A DNA stretch of 63,952 nucleotides, counting the filler, from Stramenopiles sp. TOSAG23-2 (Eukaryota): the NCBI GenBank assembly GCA_900128395.1. It is 3 parts of 3 records of this genome, joined end to end, with 100 filler letters (N's around TTAATTAATTAA, not from the genome) between each part and the next. Parts side by side here need not be neighbours in the genome. Positions count along the whole stretch, not along the records: positions 1 to 21,674 come from LT649531.1; 2 more parts are not named here. One strand, given 5' to 3'. The position numbers and the translations under genes are program-made. The notes under the pieces are model-generated. The model saw only the letters and a program-made list of their open reading frames with translations, searched no databases and was not told where the DNA came from. This document shows positions 11,038-21,774 of this stretch, piece by piece. Numbering within the stretch: the first letter of the stretch is position 1; each line of letters starts with the position of its first letter.

Positions 11038-14000
11038 TTACCATTGCTTAATCTCTCCACCCCATCGTCGTTCCTTCGTTGACATATCTGATGCACCACT
11101 TTTTGGCCTTGTACCATATCTATTATTGTCTTGATTTCCTTTTAAAGTATTATTATTCATGTTGTTTGTTTTCCTGGATATTTTCTTTTTAATACCCAAT
11201 GCACCCAACCTCGGTTCTTTTCTTAATCGAACTTCTGGCAAACCTGACTGTGCCATTTTTTGCTCATAATTATTACCCCATTCATCTTGTCTAGATCTTA
11301 ATGGTGTTGTACTTGGTCTATTTAATTGCTTTTTGGATCCTCGAATTCCGCCACGTTTGCGATTACGAGTATAATATTGTTTTTGCTGTTCTATGGCATC
11401 TTTAATTTTTTCATCTTCGTTCTCACCATCTTTGACCACCATTTCTTCTTCTTTGAAAGCTTCTTTCCTCATATGTGCATTTACCAATGGACTTAAATCT
11501 TTTGGTTTATTTCTTTCCTTTTGTAGCATCATAAGAGTATGCGGTCTGGTTCGGACCGGCGATGTATTTGGACGTTTATTATGATTCAGCGAAATTGTAA
11601 TTGATTGTCTTGAATTTGGACGAGATAACGTTGGTCTTGATGAACCACGAGATAATGATGTTCTTGATGAACCACGTGATAAATTATGTCTAGATGATCC
11701 TCTAGATTTACTAAAACGTTTTGGCCCTGTTTGTACAGGTGGAAGAACTCTTTCAATCCTTGAAACTTGTGGGAAATAAGGAATATTAAAAACACGTTTG
11801 TCTTCTAAACCATAAGGTTTAAATAAAATTGGATTTTCATCCTTTTCCATTGTTGGCTTCCATTGCACATTCATAATAGCTTTTAATCGTGCCTGGTGTT
11901 CCTCCGCGGCTAATATTCGTTCTTCTTCCACTATGATTGCCATGGCTAAATCATCCTCTATAGCCATTTCATTGATTTCTCGCATCATAATTTGAATCTC
12001 TTTCCGTTTTATTTCACGTTCCCGTTTTTCCTCTTCCTCTTTCAAAAACTCTTCTCGTACTTCATAGGCTAAATCATCTTCCATTTCCATAAGCTCGCCA
12101 TTTCTTTTTTCGTCTCTTTCAATTTTTTCCTGTTCCAAACGCAATCGTTCTTCCTCCGCTTCTCTTCGATCTTCCAGTTCCTTCTCCTTTAAAGTACGTC
12201 CATATGGATCCCGATACCGCTCTAAAGTTAATCGCCTTTGTCGATGAACTTCATCCATGATTGCTTTATTATTAGCTGATTCTAACAATTCCAATTGAAT
12301 GCGAAATAAATATGCACGGCGTTCTTTTTCCTCCCTAGCCATGTCTTCATTAGCCTGTTTTTCCCTTAATTTTTCTTGTCTAATGAATTCTCTTTCTGCT
12401 TCTTCTTTTTCTTTCATGGCAAAATATGCTTCATCGTTGTTTAATAAGCCAGAGCCGTTATCCCATCCTTCCGGCATTTCGAAAGAATCAGGAACATTCT
12501 CCACAAAACCACCTTTGTTTTCCTCAACCAAATAGTCACCTTCAAATTCTACCATCCCTACTTCTAACAAACCTGCAACATTTGCATTAAATGCCCTGCG
12601 TTTTTCTCTATCCAATTTTCTTCTAGCTTTATGCTCCATCGCACGCATAATTTTATCATCCTCCTCTAACTTTTTATTGGAATACCAACCCAATGCTTCC
12701 CATCGATCAATATACCAAGATTTTTCATCCGCATAATCTTGCGCTTCTTGTAATGTACAATCGTCTTCATAATCTTCTAAATCTAGGTCGTCTGCCCAAA
12801 TATCAGGAATTTCATAGCCATGTTTCGATCGTGCTCGTTGCTTCAATGCATTTCTAAATAATGTACGTCGATTTTCCAAAAATCGTTTACGACTTTCATG
12901 ATCATTTATATACCAAGATTTAAACTCTTGAAACGTTCTACGTTTTCCAAGCGGTGCGCCACGACGATCACGTGCCGGTAGTTTTGCAACTTCCTTGGCA
13001 GTACCAGCAGGAACAGTATCTTCCTCGGTTTTCTCTTCCACCTTCACTTCATCTTTTTCTAGATCAACCTCCTTTGTTTGAACGGCTTCTTTTTCATCTT
13101 TTTCCTGCTCAGTAGCTTTTGCACTAGTAGTTGGTTTTTGAATTTTCTTATCACCAGGTTTTTCCTGTCCTTCCGATGTGGTAATTTTATCATCCTCGTT
13201 ATCAACAATCATTTTCTTCGCTTCCTCAATTGAGGCCTGGTTCGTGCCTTCCTCTACTTCTTGTACTGTATCCTCAACAAGTGAAATTTTAATCGATAAT
13301 CCTTCTTCCACTTCACCATCTTCTACTTCTTTTTCCTTTACCTCAACTGTATATGGTATTATATCGTCCTCTGATGTTAACCATTCCTTGAATTCTTCTT
13401 TAACCGTTTGTGGATCGCCGTCATGCTCTAAATTGCTTTTTTTTTCTAAAATTACAGTGACATTTTCTTCATTTTCGCCTTCGATACTAACATTTCCATG
13501 CTTATCCGTAATAGTAGTTGGTACAACAACATCCATGGTTTCTGCATCGTCTTTAATAATTTCATCCTCAGCAGCAGCTGCAATGACATCGTTATTTTTC
13601 ATCGCTGCTTCCATTTCTCTCATAAAAAAGTCAAAACGTACACCATCGGCAGTAGCAAACCACATGGCAAATTCAATTTCCTCAGCTGTATCTAACCCAG
13701 TCCCATCAATGACACCAAAAACTGGTGGTAACGGAATACCCTCATCTTCAGCCCTTTTCCGGATATGTTTATCGCACAAAGCGGACATAATTTCCATTTC
13801 TTTTTCATTTTCAGTTAAATCATCCCATGGTACGCCAATTTCTCCACCAACCGTCAATTCATCCACCATTGGACCAAATGGATCTAATGTAATAATCGTT
13901 CGATTTCTACCCCATCTTACAAGTTTATCGACAGCACGTTTTAAAAGCGTGTTTCGATAATTTAAAAATTCCCTGCGCAAATACTTATGTTTACGATACC

Positions 14001-17000
14001 ATTTTACAAATATACGTATTGCACGATATGTACGACGTTCAAGACTTTCATCTTCTAAGCCTTTAGCTATATCCAGTAATAATTTTTCTTTTTTTGCGCT
14101 TTGAATTGCTTCATCATAATCTTCTTCCGTTTCCAAAACTCCATCTTCATCAGGACCTGCTTCCCACTTATCACGCAAATGTAACCGTGCAGTCAATCCA
14201 CTATCACGTCTACCCTCCTCATATTTACGCAACAAGTCAATATCAATACCTTCAATCGCAGCAGCTGATTGAATCGGTACATGCATAATCGCTCCCCGTA
14301 TTTCCTGGTCCATGAAACTGGCACGAACGCCATCATTTTTTGAAAACCATTCTATGTATTCTTTTAGACGCTCGCTACTTTCTCTAGCTTTGCGTTTTTT
14401 AGTTGCTTCATCATCTTCATCGGAATCATCATTAGCATCACCTTCCTCAATAATACTACTGTCCTCACCTTCTATTTTATTTTTCTTTGACTCTCTGACA
14501 AAATCTTCTGGCAATGCATAATCAAGCTCATCAACAGTGCATGCATCCCGAACATCGCTTTCCCAACATGATATTTCAGCTTCTAACATTTGCAGCTCTG
14601 GTGTCATTTTCTCCCAACGTCTTGCTGGATAGCATGGTGGTGGTGGATCTTCATCTTCCGATAAGACGGAACTTCGGGCAGTCCCTTCCGAATCTGGCGG
14701 TGTATCAGGCTCTGATGAATCGCTCAAATTCATAATTTGCAATTCAGATGCTAAACGTTCTCCCTCTTTAGCCGCTTCGCGAGCACGCGCTAATGCCATA
14801 TCACTACTAGATTTTGAAGAAGGGTCTAATGTACTACTGCCATCAAAATCACTCGCTCCAGCTTCCCATGGCCATGGTGGTGCACCAGGTGGTAATGGCG
14901 GTGGCATCGCAAACATCATAATGTCTGCACCAGAAGAATCTACAAATGAATTCAACGCTATACGCTGGCCAACTGTACCAATTTTGTCTTTATTGAATTT
15001 ATCTTTCGCATTTAATGCATTGCTACTTTTACGTCTGTTTTGTGAATTTAATTTCAATTGATATTTCTTACGGCGCTTTATTTCTTTTCGCTTTTCTTTC
15101 CGCCGTAGCCGAACAGCAAACATAAATTCCTCATCAATCACTTGCTTCCGTGCTAAAGCCATCTTATGGCGCCTATCACTAAAACCTATAGGAACCCCAC
15201 TACCATCAGCGCCAGTTTTATCAACATGAAATGGACTTCGCTGTTGCAACAATGCATAATATGGAATTCGAGGATTGTAACTTTTATAATTATTATTTTC
15301 ACTGCCAATATCACTATATTTACCTTCATCATCATTCTTTGAGTCCATCATATAATCATCACCAAATTCATCTTCATCACTTGTTAAAGTTGTTGTAGAT
15401 GGCATGGATACTTCAACAGCCCATGATTTATATTCATTTTCAAATTCTGCTTCATCAACTTCATTGGCTGTTTTTTCCTCTGGTAGACCCATTTGCTTTC
15501 GTAACAATCTTCGTTTATCCATATCGCTTAGACTTGGCAAATAGCCACTTCCACCAACAACTGTATTATTTAAATCAGGCTCGTCGCTATGTTTTTTATT
15601 TTTTCGCCTGTATCCTTCCATAGTCCGTGGTCGTCTACGATTTTTTTCTTTTGCTAAATCCGCTTTAATTTTATGTTCAGCTAAATGTGGTGGTAGCGGA
15701 GCTGTTCGACTCATGTCTAATTTTGGATCATACATGATATTTAAAACTTTTGGTTTTTCTTGGACGGGTGTCTTCATGCTTCTCGCAGTGGGTTTATCTC
15801 TATTCGGTGTCGTGTTTGGACGCTGTTTAGTACCATTTGTATTATCGTTTGTTTGCGCAATCAAAGCATCGTAAAATCCAGATGTTTGAAAGTACAATGG
15901 CCCTGGTATACCACGTTCATGTGTTATTGGTGGTTTAACTATATTAGGTGTCATTTGAAGTTTATTACTTTTACTATTATTGTCGTATTCGCCATAAGAT
16001 TGACCATCCTGACTACTACCTATGTGCATTTGAGAATATAAATCAACATTTGATTGATCAATTGGTAATCTACGATATGCCGCACTTATTTGCTTTTGAT
16101 GAGAATGTGGAGGAATTAAATTATTTTCTCCTTCTCCATTTACTTCCCCATTTATCCGCCTCAAACGTTCTTCTTCATTCAAAAATGCATCCTCCGATAC
16201 TACTAACGAATCTGTTGATGGAAGTGCTAAATCATACCCATCTAAGAGATTTTCCCCATACCATTCTAATAATGGTTTCCCTTTTAAACCAGACATATTG
16301 TTTCTTACATAATCAGAATCATTGTTGATTTCTTTATTTGGTTGCTTTTGTAAAATTTTTTTTCTTTTCTTTGTGCCCATATTATTTCTATTTTGTATGA
16401 TTATTCCAGAATGTCCGCCATCAATACCACCAGTGTTTAATATTTTTTTCTTCTTGTTTAATTTTTGTGATGGTGATGGCGATCTTGATCTTGGATTACT
16501 TATATTGCTCTTAGTTGGTGATGGTGCTCTTTGATTGTTACGAAACCGTATTATTTCTGAGGTTGGTGATTCACTTTTTAAAGTTTCTGCAATTTTTGGG
16601 GACAAATTTACGTTAGACGTTATATTAGGCTGTTTAAAATTTATTGGAGAGGACGATGGCGATGATGATACTGATTCTTTGTCGCTCTTTTTTGATGATC
16701 TTGCTGGATGGCTTGTTTTTAAATCATCTAGAGTCTCTTCGTTTTTTTTTTTATTGCTGTTGTCCTTGTTTGTTGTGTTATTACTATTATTATTATTATT
16801 ATTTACATTTCGACTATTATTATTATTCGTATTACTTTTACTTTTCTTTTTTGATTTAAAACTTTTCTTTTTTGATTTAAAACTTTTCTTTTCGGTATTT
16901 GTTGTAGAAGATATTACATTTTGTTCTTTGACGATGCTTTGACTGTTGATGGGATTATTACTATTAGATAATAGAACCGTGTTATCATATTCATCTTCCG

Positions 17001-17208
17001 CCCATGGCATGACTGGGTCATCAACAAGTATACTATCCTCCTTTTTAATACCTTTGCCGTTAGTATTTGCCAATTTTTCCCTACGATCCGTCTCTTCAAT
17101 ATGTCGATTTGGTGGGGATTCAATCCTCCACTTGATCCCTTCCTCCGTTATAATTGGGGACGATGGACGATCTGTATCTTTCTCCATGTTTATTATGATG
17201 AAATTCAC
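11038..17208 (-). CDS. 2056-aa hypothetical protein with disordered ends, internal Trp-containing repeats and charged coiled coil
   Basis: 6.2-kb intron-free ORF. The start may be the second Met (17187). No family recognised. Confidence 0.85.
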   Translation of the reverse strand: MNFIIINMEKDTDRPSSPIITEEGIKWRIESPPNRHIEETDRREKLANTNGKGIKKEDSILVDDPVMPWAEDEYDNTVLLSNSNNPINSQSIVKEQNVISSTTNTEKKSFKSKKKSFKSKKKSKSNTNNNNSRNVNNNNNNSNNTTNKDNSNKKKNEETLDDLKTSHPARSSKKSDKESVSSSPSSSPINFKQPNITSNVNLSPKIAETLKSESPTSEIIRFRNNQRAPSPTKSNISNPRSRSPSPSQKLNKKKKILNTGGIDGGHSGIIIQNRNNMGTKKRKKILQKQPNKEINNDSDYVRNNMSGLKGKPLLEWYGENLLDGYDLALPSTDSLVVSEDAFLNEEERLRRINGEVNGEGENNLIPPHSHQKQISAAYRRLPIDQSNVDLYSQMHIGSSQDGQSYGEYDNNSKSNKLQMTPNIVKPPITHERGIPGPLYFQTSGFYDALIAQTNDNTNGTKQRPNTTPNRDKPTARSMKTPVQEKPKVLNIMYDPKLDMSRTAPLPPHLAEHKIKADLAKEKNRRRPRTMEGYRRKNKKHSDEPDLNNTVVGGSGYLPSLSDMDKRRLLRKQMGLPEEKTANEVDEAEFENEYKSWAVEVSMPSTTTLTSDEDEFGDDYMMDSKNDDEGKYSDIGSENNNYKSYNPRIPYYALLQQRSPFHVDKTGADGSGVPIGFSDRRHKMALARKQVIDEEFMFAVRLRRKEKRKEIKRRKKYQLKLNSQNRRKSSNALNAKDKFNKDKIGTVGQRIALNSFVDSSGADIMMFAMPPPLPPGAPPWPWEAGASDFDGSSTLDPSSKSSSDMALARAREAAKEGERLASELQIMNLSDSSEPDTPPDSEGTARSSVLSEDEDPPPPCYPARRWEKMTPELQMLEAEISCWESDVRDACTVDELDYALPEDFVRESKKNKIEGEDSSIIEEGDANDDSDEDDEATKKRKARESSERLKEYIEWFSKNDGVRASFMDQEIRGAIMHVPIQSAAAIEGIDIDLLRKYEEGRRDSGLTARLHLRDKWEAGPDEDGVLETEEDYDEAIQSAKKEKLLLDIAKGLEDESLERRTYRAIRIFVKWYRKHKYLRREFLNYRNTLLKRAVDKLVRWGRNRTIITLDPFGPMVDELTVGGEIGVPWDDLTENEKEMEIMSALCDKHIRKRAEDEGIPLPPVFGVIDGTGLDTAEEIEFAMWFATADGVRFDFFMREMEAAMKNNDVIAAAAEDEIIKDDAETMDVVVPTTITDKHGNVSIEGENEENVTVILEKKSNLEHDGDPQTVKEEFKEWLTSEDDIIPYTVEVKEKEVEDGEVEEGLSIKISLVEDTVQEVEEGTNQASIEEAKKMIVDNEDDKITTSEGQEKPGDKKIQKPTTSAKATEQEKDEKEAVQTKEVDLEKDEVKVEEKTEEDTVPAGTAKEVAKLPARDRRGAPLGKRRTFQEFKSWYINDHESRKRFLENRRTLFRNALKQRARSKHGYEIPDIWADDLDLEDYEDDCTLQEAQDYADEKSWYIDRWEALGWYSNKKLEEDDKIMRAMEHKARRKLDREKRRAFNANVAGLLEVGMVEFEGDYLVEENKGGFVENVPDSFEMPEGWDNGSGLLNNDEAYFAMKEKEEAEREFIRQEKLREKQANEDMAREEKERRAYLFRIQLELLESANNKAIMDEVHRQRRLTLERYRDPYGRTLKEKELEDRREAEEERLRLEQEKIERDEKRNGELMEMEDDLAYEVREEFLKEEEEKREREIKRKEIQIMMREINEMAIEDDLAMAIIVEEERILAAEEHQARLKAIMNVQWKPTMEKDENPILFKPYGLEDKRVFNIPYFPQVSRIERVLPPVQTGPKRFSKSRGSSRHNLSRGSSRTSLSRGSSRPTLSRPNSRQSITISLNHNKRPNTSPVRTRPHTLMMLQKERNKPKDLSPLVNAHMRKEAFKEEEMVVKDGENEDEKIKDAIEQQKQYYTRNRKRGGIRGSKKQLNRPSTTPLRSRQDEWGNNYEQKMAQSGLPEVRLRKEPRLGALGIKKKISRKTNNMNNNTLKGNQDNNRYGTRPKSGASDMSTKERRWGGEIKQW

Positions 17209-18019
17209 TGCTACTTTATAAATGTTTATTCATGATTCTTATAGAAAATATTGGAATTTCTTTCTAAACACATGAATATATATTATATATAAATTATTAT
17301 TATAACAAACGGCTATTTAGAGAGGATGATCCGCTCTCCTCCTCCTCTCATTCAGTACATACGTACATTCTAGGTACTGTACAGTATAGCACGATGGCAA
17401 CTGATGGTGCTATGGTGCTATAGACTATAGACAATAGATACCATTGTATATATTTGATTGGATATTCCTGTTATTTAGTATATAGAATAAGTACGAAGTG
17501 GATCGGCAAATAAATATCATTTACCATGTAAATATCTCTATAGCATGTGAATACTGTGGACCGACATGTCTACCATTACATAGTATGAAGTATAATACAT
17601 AGCTCCAGCTAGCATCGCCACAACAGCAGGCCTAAAAAGGCAGCCAATATTTCGACAGTTATAAAACACATTATTAACACACACATAATTTTCCCATCAT
17701 AATCTTGTGATGACCTTCTCCCTGGTTCCCATACTACTGTAGTTACAGTAGCTCTATATAGTAAAAAGTATTATTATAGTTGCAAATTTCAAAAAAACAC
17801 AGTTAAAAAAATAGAGAATCAATTGTACAATAAAGTACACAAATGTAACAAAAAGATATTTTCCATTCATCAATATATGATATAGAGACGACGTATTATA
17901 TTTTTTGGTTTTGAATTAAAAGAATTGTTTTAGGAATTGCTTCTTTCGTTTTCATTTGTACGTATTCAAGTAGCAAAGAAAAATAAATTTAATAAATAAA
18001 TAATTTCAAAAAAAAAATA

Positions 18020-20269
18020 ATGTCTTCTTCACGTCACCATAAGCATGGTCATCACAAAAAGAATAGTAAAAAACATAGTAGTAGTAGTAGTAGTGATAGT
18101 AGTTTGGCCGGTAGAAATAACAATACACCATCCAAATCTACACCAACGTCTAGTCGCAGATCGCAACGAAATGTAATGGATGTAGCAAAAGAAGTTGCAC
18201 CAAATGCAGCTGTTTTCCTTGCGGAAGCATTAGCAGCTGAAGATTCAGACGACGATTATGAAAATGATTTTGATTTTGAAGACGATAACAATAATACGAA
18301 ACCTGATGACAGTCCATTAAGTTTGCCATCTTCAATGATGTCGGATGATGGGGCTGATTTACCAACATATACACCATTAAAAATGGATGCGTACAAAACT
18401 TCTAGTTCCAACGTAGCAAGTTCGTCTTCCGCATACAATGCAAATGCAGATACATTAGCAAGTATTGAAGAGCAGAACCGTAGGTTAGCACATGAGAAGG
18501 AACTTTTACAAATGGATTTACAACGTGCTAGAGCACGTTATAGAAATGATATGAGTTCTTTACGAACCGAATCAAAGGCACAAATGGAAGCTGTGCGTAG
18601 TAAACAAGCACAGCTTGAAGCAGAATTGCCTGTATTGAGGGATCGTGCAGCAGCTGATAAAAATAGGTTTCGTGATTTAGTTGTATCAGATGTTTTGTTT
18701 CAAGAGTTAAGTGCGATACCGGAGAAAAAACAATCGTTACGTGAATTTATTTTGTGCAAAGTACATCGTATGATGCAAGACGTGAAAGATGAGGCGGAGC
18801 GTTCAAGGCAAGAAGTTGAAAGTTTACGCACGGCATTAACGCGTTCAAAAGAAGATTCAGACCGTCGTTCTCGTGATGCAGAACATCGTGCTAAAATTGC
18901 AGAGGAAAGAGCAAAACAATTGGAACATGATTTAGAACAAAGTTCCAAACGTTATGTTGCAATGACACAAAGGTTGCAAACAAGTGTAAAAGAAGCGGAA
19001 ATGAATCGTGCAAAAGCAGCTGCATTTAATGATTTGGAGAAGCAATGCAAAGAGGCTGAAAATGAACGTGATTCATTGAAGGAGCAAAATAATCGCTTGG
19101 AAAGACGTTTAGAAATTGCCATTAAACATGGAGAAACAAATGATTCTGAAAATACTGAATTTAAACAGCAAAATCAATTACTACGTGTTGATAAAGCATA
19201 TTTACAACGGGAAGTGGCGCAGACAAATGCTAGGATCGAAGTGTTGACAAAGGATGTTGAAAGTTTAACAATGAAGAATCGTGCATTAATCCGAGCGAAG
19301 GAACAATATTATGAGCAATTGTTAAATGCAAAAGATGCAGCTAGGATTGGATACGAAGAACGTTTGAACAAGGAAATCAATTTATTGCATGAAAATAATC
19401 GTAAAGAATTGCAAGAATTGAGGGAGCAATCTGAAAAAGTATATGATCGTGAAAACAAAGCATTGCGTGAGGCAAAAAATCATTGTGAAGATAAATTACG
19501 ACAATGTGAAATTAAATTAGATGCTATGGAACGATCCAATGATGAATCACGTCTAGCATTGGCAAAGGCACATGGTGATCGTGAACAAGAATCTGCTAGC
19601 TTACGTGCTGAAGTTAAAGTTAAAAATTATGAATTAGAACGTAGCACGATATTGATGGAGGAGAAGACGACGATTATACGCACATTGGAACTTGATTTAG
19701 AAAAATCCAAAAGTAAATTCAATATTTTAAGAGAAGAATTTGCACGTTTAGATGCTATGACTAGATCAAGTGGTACATTGGCACTTGTAGATAATAATTT
19801 TAGTAGTAGTAACAATAATACATTCGATCCGCACAAAGAAGAAGAATTACGCCGTTTACGATCTCAAATTGTCATTTTAGAACGTGAAAAATCAAGTCTT
19901 GCTGATAAATTGAAAACAGCAACTGAAGATATTAATGATTTAAGGCAGGCTACTGGACAACCACAAGAATATTTCATGGGTTTAGTAGATAAAGCAAAGA
20001 AAGAGACTGCAAGTTTGAAAAACGTTATAGAGGAATTGCAAGGTGACATGGATGCTCTACGAGATGGTAAAATGAGTGCAGAAGCACAATTGAAATCATT
20101 ATTAACAAACCGGCAACAATTAAAAGAATTAAAACGTGCATTGGCAAATGCGGGAGTCAATTTATCATCATTTCAACAATCATCAGGACAACAACAATCA
20201 AGAGGAAACAACAAAAGTAGTGGTAGTGGTGGGTCTCCTAGTTGGTATAGACGATTAGTTAAAACGTAA
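18020..20269 (+). CDS. PIBF1: Progesterone-induced blocking factor 1 / CEP90 homolog (centriolar coiled-coil protein)
   Basis: Segments match PIBF1 signatures as recalled: ELSAIPEKKQSLREFI (cf. KLKAFPEDQLSIPEYV), LLRVDKAYL (LLQQDKEYL), YEERLNKEI...KVYDRENKALREAK (YENKLHDEL...EMYERENRNLREAR). Confidence 0.8.
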   Translation: MSSSRHHKHGHHKKNSKKHSSSSSSDSSLAGRNNNTPSKSTPTSSRRSQRNVMDVAKEVAPNAAVFLAEALAAEDSDDDYENDFDFEDDNNNTKPDDSPLSLPSSMMSDDGADLPTYTPLKMDAYKTSSSNVASSSSAYNANADTLASIEEQNRRLAHEKELLQMDLQRARARYRNDMSSLRTESKAQMEAVRSKQAQLEAELPVLRDRAAADKNRFRDLVVSDVLFQELSAIPEKKQSLREFILCKVHRMMQDVKDEAERSRQEVESLRTALTRSKEDSDRRSRDAEHRAKIAEERAKQLEHDLEQSSKRYVAMTQRLQTSVKEAEMNRAKAAAFNDLEKQCKEAENERDSLKEQNNRLERRLEIAIKHGETNDSENTEFKQQNQLLRVDKAYLQREVAQTNARIEVLTKDVESLTMKNRALIRAKEQYYEQLLNAKDAARIGYEERLNKEINLLHENNRKELQELREQSEKVYDRENKALREAKNHCEDKLRQCEIKLDAMERSNDESRLALAKAHGDREQESASLRAEVKVKNYELERSTILMEEKTTIIRTLELDLEKSKSKFNILREEFARLDAMTRSSGTLALVDNNFSSSNNNTFDPHKEEELRRLRSQIVILEREKSSLADKLKTATEDINDLRQATGQPQEYFMGLVDKAKKETASLKNVIEELQGDMDALRDGKMSAEAQLKSLLTNRQQLKELKRALANAGVNLSSFQQSSGQQQSRGNNKSSGSGGSPSWYRRLVKT

Positions 20270-20499
20270 AAAAGGAAAAAAAAAAATGGCGCGTTTCGCG
20301 TTTCTTTTATCAAAGGAAACTGGAAGGAGGAGAGCCGTGTGTGTTCTAATTTTAAAAATATGAGTGGTTAAAAATTTATAAAATATATATTGTCACGACT
20401 TTATTTTTTTTATATATTTTTAAATGATATTAATACTTCTCTCGTATGATATTAGCATACATTATATATAATTAATAAATTAAAATGCACAATATTAAC

Positions 20500-20540
20500 T
20501 TATTTTTTAATTTACTCATGATAATTCCTACCTCCAGAAA
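20500..20540. repeat. Solo copy of TIR-family repeat (TTTACTCATGATAATTCCTAC)
   Basis: Matches 42975-43015 and the reverse complements of 26060-26100 and 43405-43436. Confidence 0.7.
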
Positions 20541-20754
20541 ATTATATTTTTCAAAATTTAAATTTTTAAAATAATATAATGCACGTGCGTTACCACTAAT
20601 ATATTGAGATATTTTTAAATTTTGCACCATTTTTAATAACTCCAATATTTAAAATACACTCTGAGATATAGTGCGGATATAATTTTTACATGGCACCCGT
20701 AGAAAAATGATTTAAATATTAAAAACACGCGTATAATGCATTTATTAGGTCTAT

Positions 20755-21585
20755 TTAAAACATACCGACCATCGTTACTATCACTACAAATACACTAATC
20801 ATCAATACTACCAATGATGTAAATCTATTTGATGATCCAATTGATAATAAATCTAAAACATTCTCATCAATTCTACGCCCAATATAACTAATCATCAATA
20901 CTACCAATGATGTAAATCTATTTGATGATCCAATTGATAATAAATCTAAAACATTCTCATCAATTCTACGCCCAATATAACTTGTTATTCCTAATTTATG
21001 ACAATCTTCATCACCAATGTAAAGCATTTGTGGAATAGCACTTCCACAATTTTTATCATCATGATGCATTTTCACACTGAATTTCGGTCGATATTCGTCT
21101 AAATCTTGCGCATGTTTTGTTACTTTTCCATGATGAATAATTTCCATGGATCCACCAACATATGAAGTACAATATGTTGACCATGCCGTCCAATTGTAAC
21201 TCTTTGGATCGGAAACATCTGGCCCAGGTGGTGGAAATGTGTAAATTTCGTCTATATGTTCAGCATTACAATCATTTGATGTATATTTTTCAACTAAAAT
21301 TTGAGTTTTCTTTGATCCAACTAACTGGTGCTTAACATCTAATTGTTCTGTTTTATAATAAATACCATCCTTTAATTCAGCACACGCAGTAATTGATCGT
21401 GCTTTTTTCTCATCGGTGCGCGTTTTTTCATATTTCAAATATGCTATTTTTGTGCATCCATAATCAGTATAAAAACCCTTTTGAGTAAATGTTGTGGAAA
21501 CTATACGAGTTGTCTGCGCCTTAATTTTTGTGATAAGGAAGATATTTAAACATATTATTATTATTATTACTTGTAGACGTAACAT
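20755..21585 (-). CDS. Secreted/GPI-anchored-type surface protein
   Basis: Signal peptide, Cys-containing body and hydrophobic C-terminus. A 31-aa segment is exactly duplicated (93-bp duplication, 20794-20982), probably an artefact. Confidence 0.75.
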   Translation of the reverse strand: MLRLQVIIIIICLNIFLITKIKAQTTRIVSTTFTQKGFYTDYGCTKIAYLKYEKTRTDEKKARSITACAELKDGIYYKTEQLDVKHQLVGSKKTQILVEKYTSNDCNAEHIDEIYTFPPPGPDVSDPKSYNWTAWSTYCTSYVGGSMEIIHHGKVTKHAQDLDEYRPKFSVKMHHDDKNCGSAIPQMLYIGDEDCHKLGITSYIGRRIDENVLDLLSIGSSNRFTSLVVLMISYIGRRIDENVLDLLSIGSSNRFTSLVVLMISVFVVIVTMVGMF

Positions 21586-21674
21586 ATTTTTTATTTAACG
21601 TTAGATTCAATTAATTGCAATACAATACGATATTCAACATGTTTATATTAATGTATTATGTAAAAATGGTTAAT

Positions 21675-21774
21675 NNNNNNNNNNNNNNNNNNNNNNNNNN
21701 NNNNNNNNNNNNNNNNNNTTAATTAATTAANNNNNNNNNNNNNNNNNNNNNNNNNNNNNNNNNNNNNNNNNNNN
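21675..21774. other. Artificial contig-joining linker
   Basis: N44 + TTAATTAATTAA (stops in all six frames) + N44. An identical construct sits at 43437-43536. Confidence 0.95.

Noticed and set aside
11393..17221. Many plus-strand ORFs of 60-260 aa overlapping the 2056-aa gene (same pattern over other long genes)
   Set aside because: Antisense shadows rich in Ser/Phe/Leu, expected opposite Glu/Lys-rich coding sequence.
21719..21730. TTAATTAATTAA palindrome inside N runs (also 43481-43492)
   Set aside because: Synthetic six-frame stop linker, not biological.
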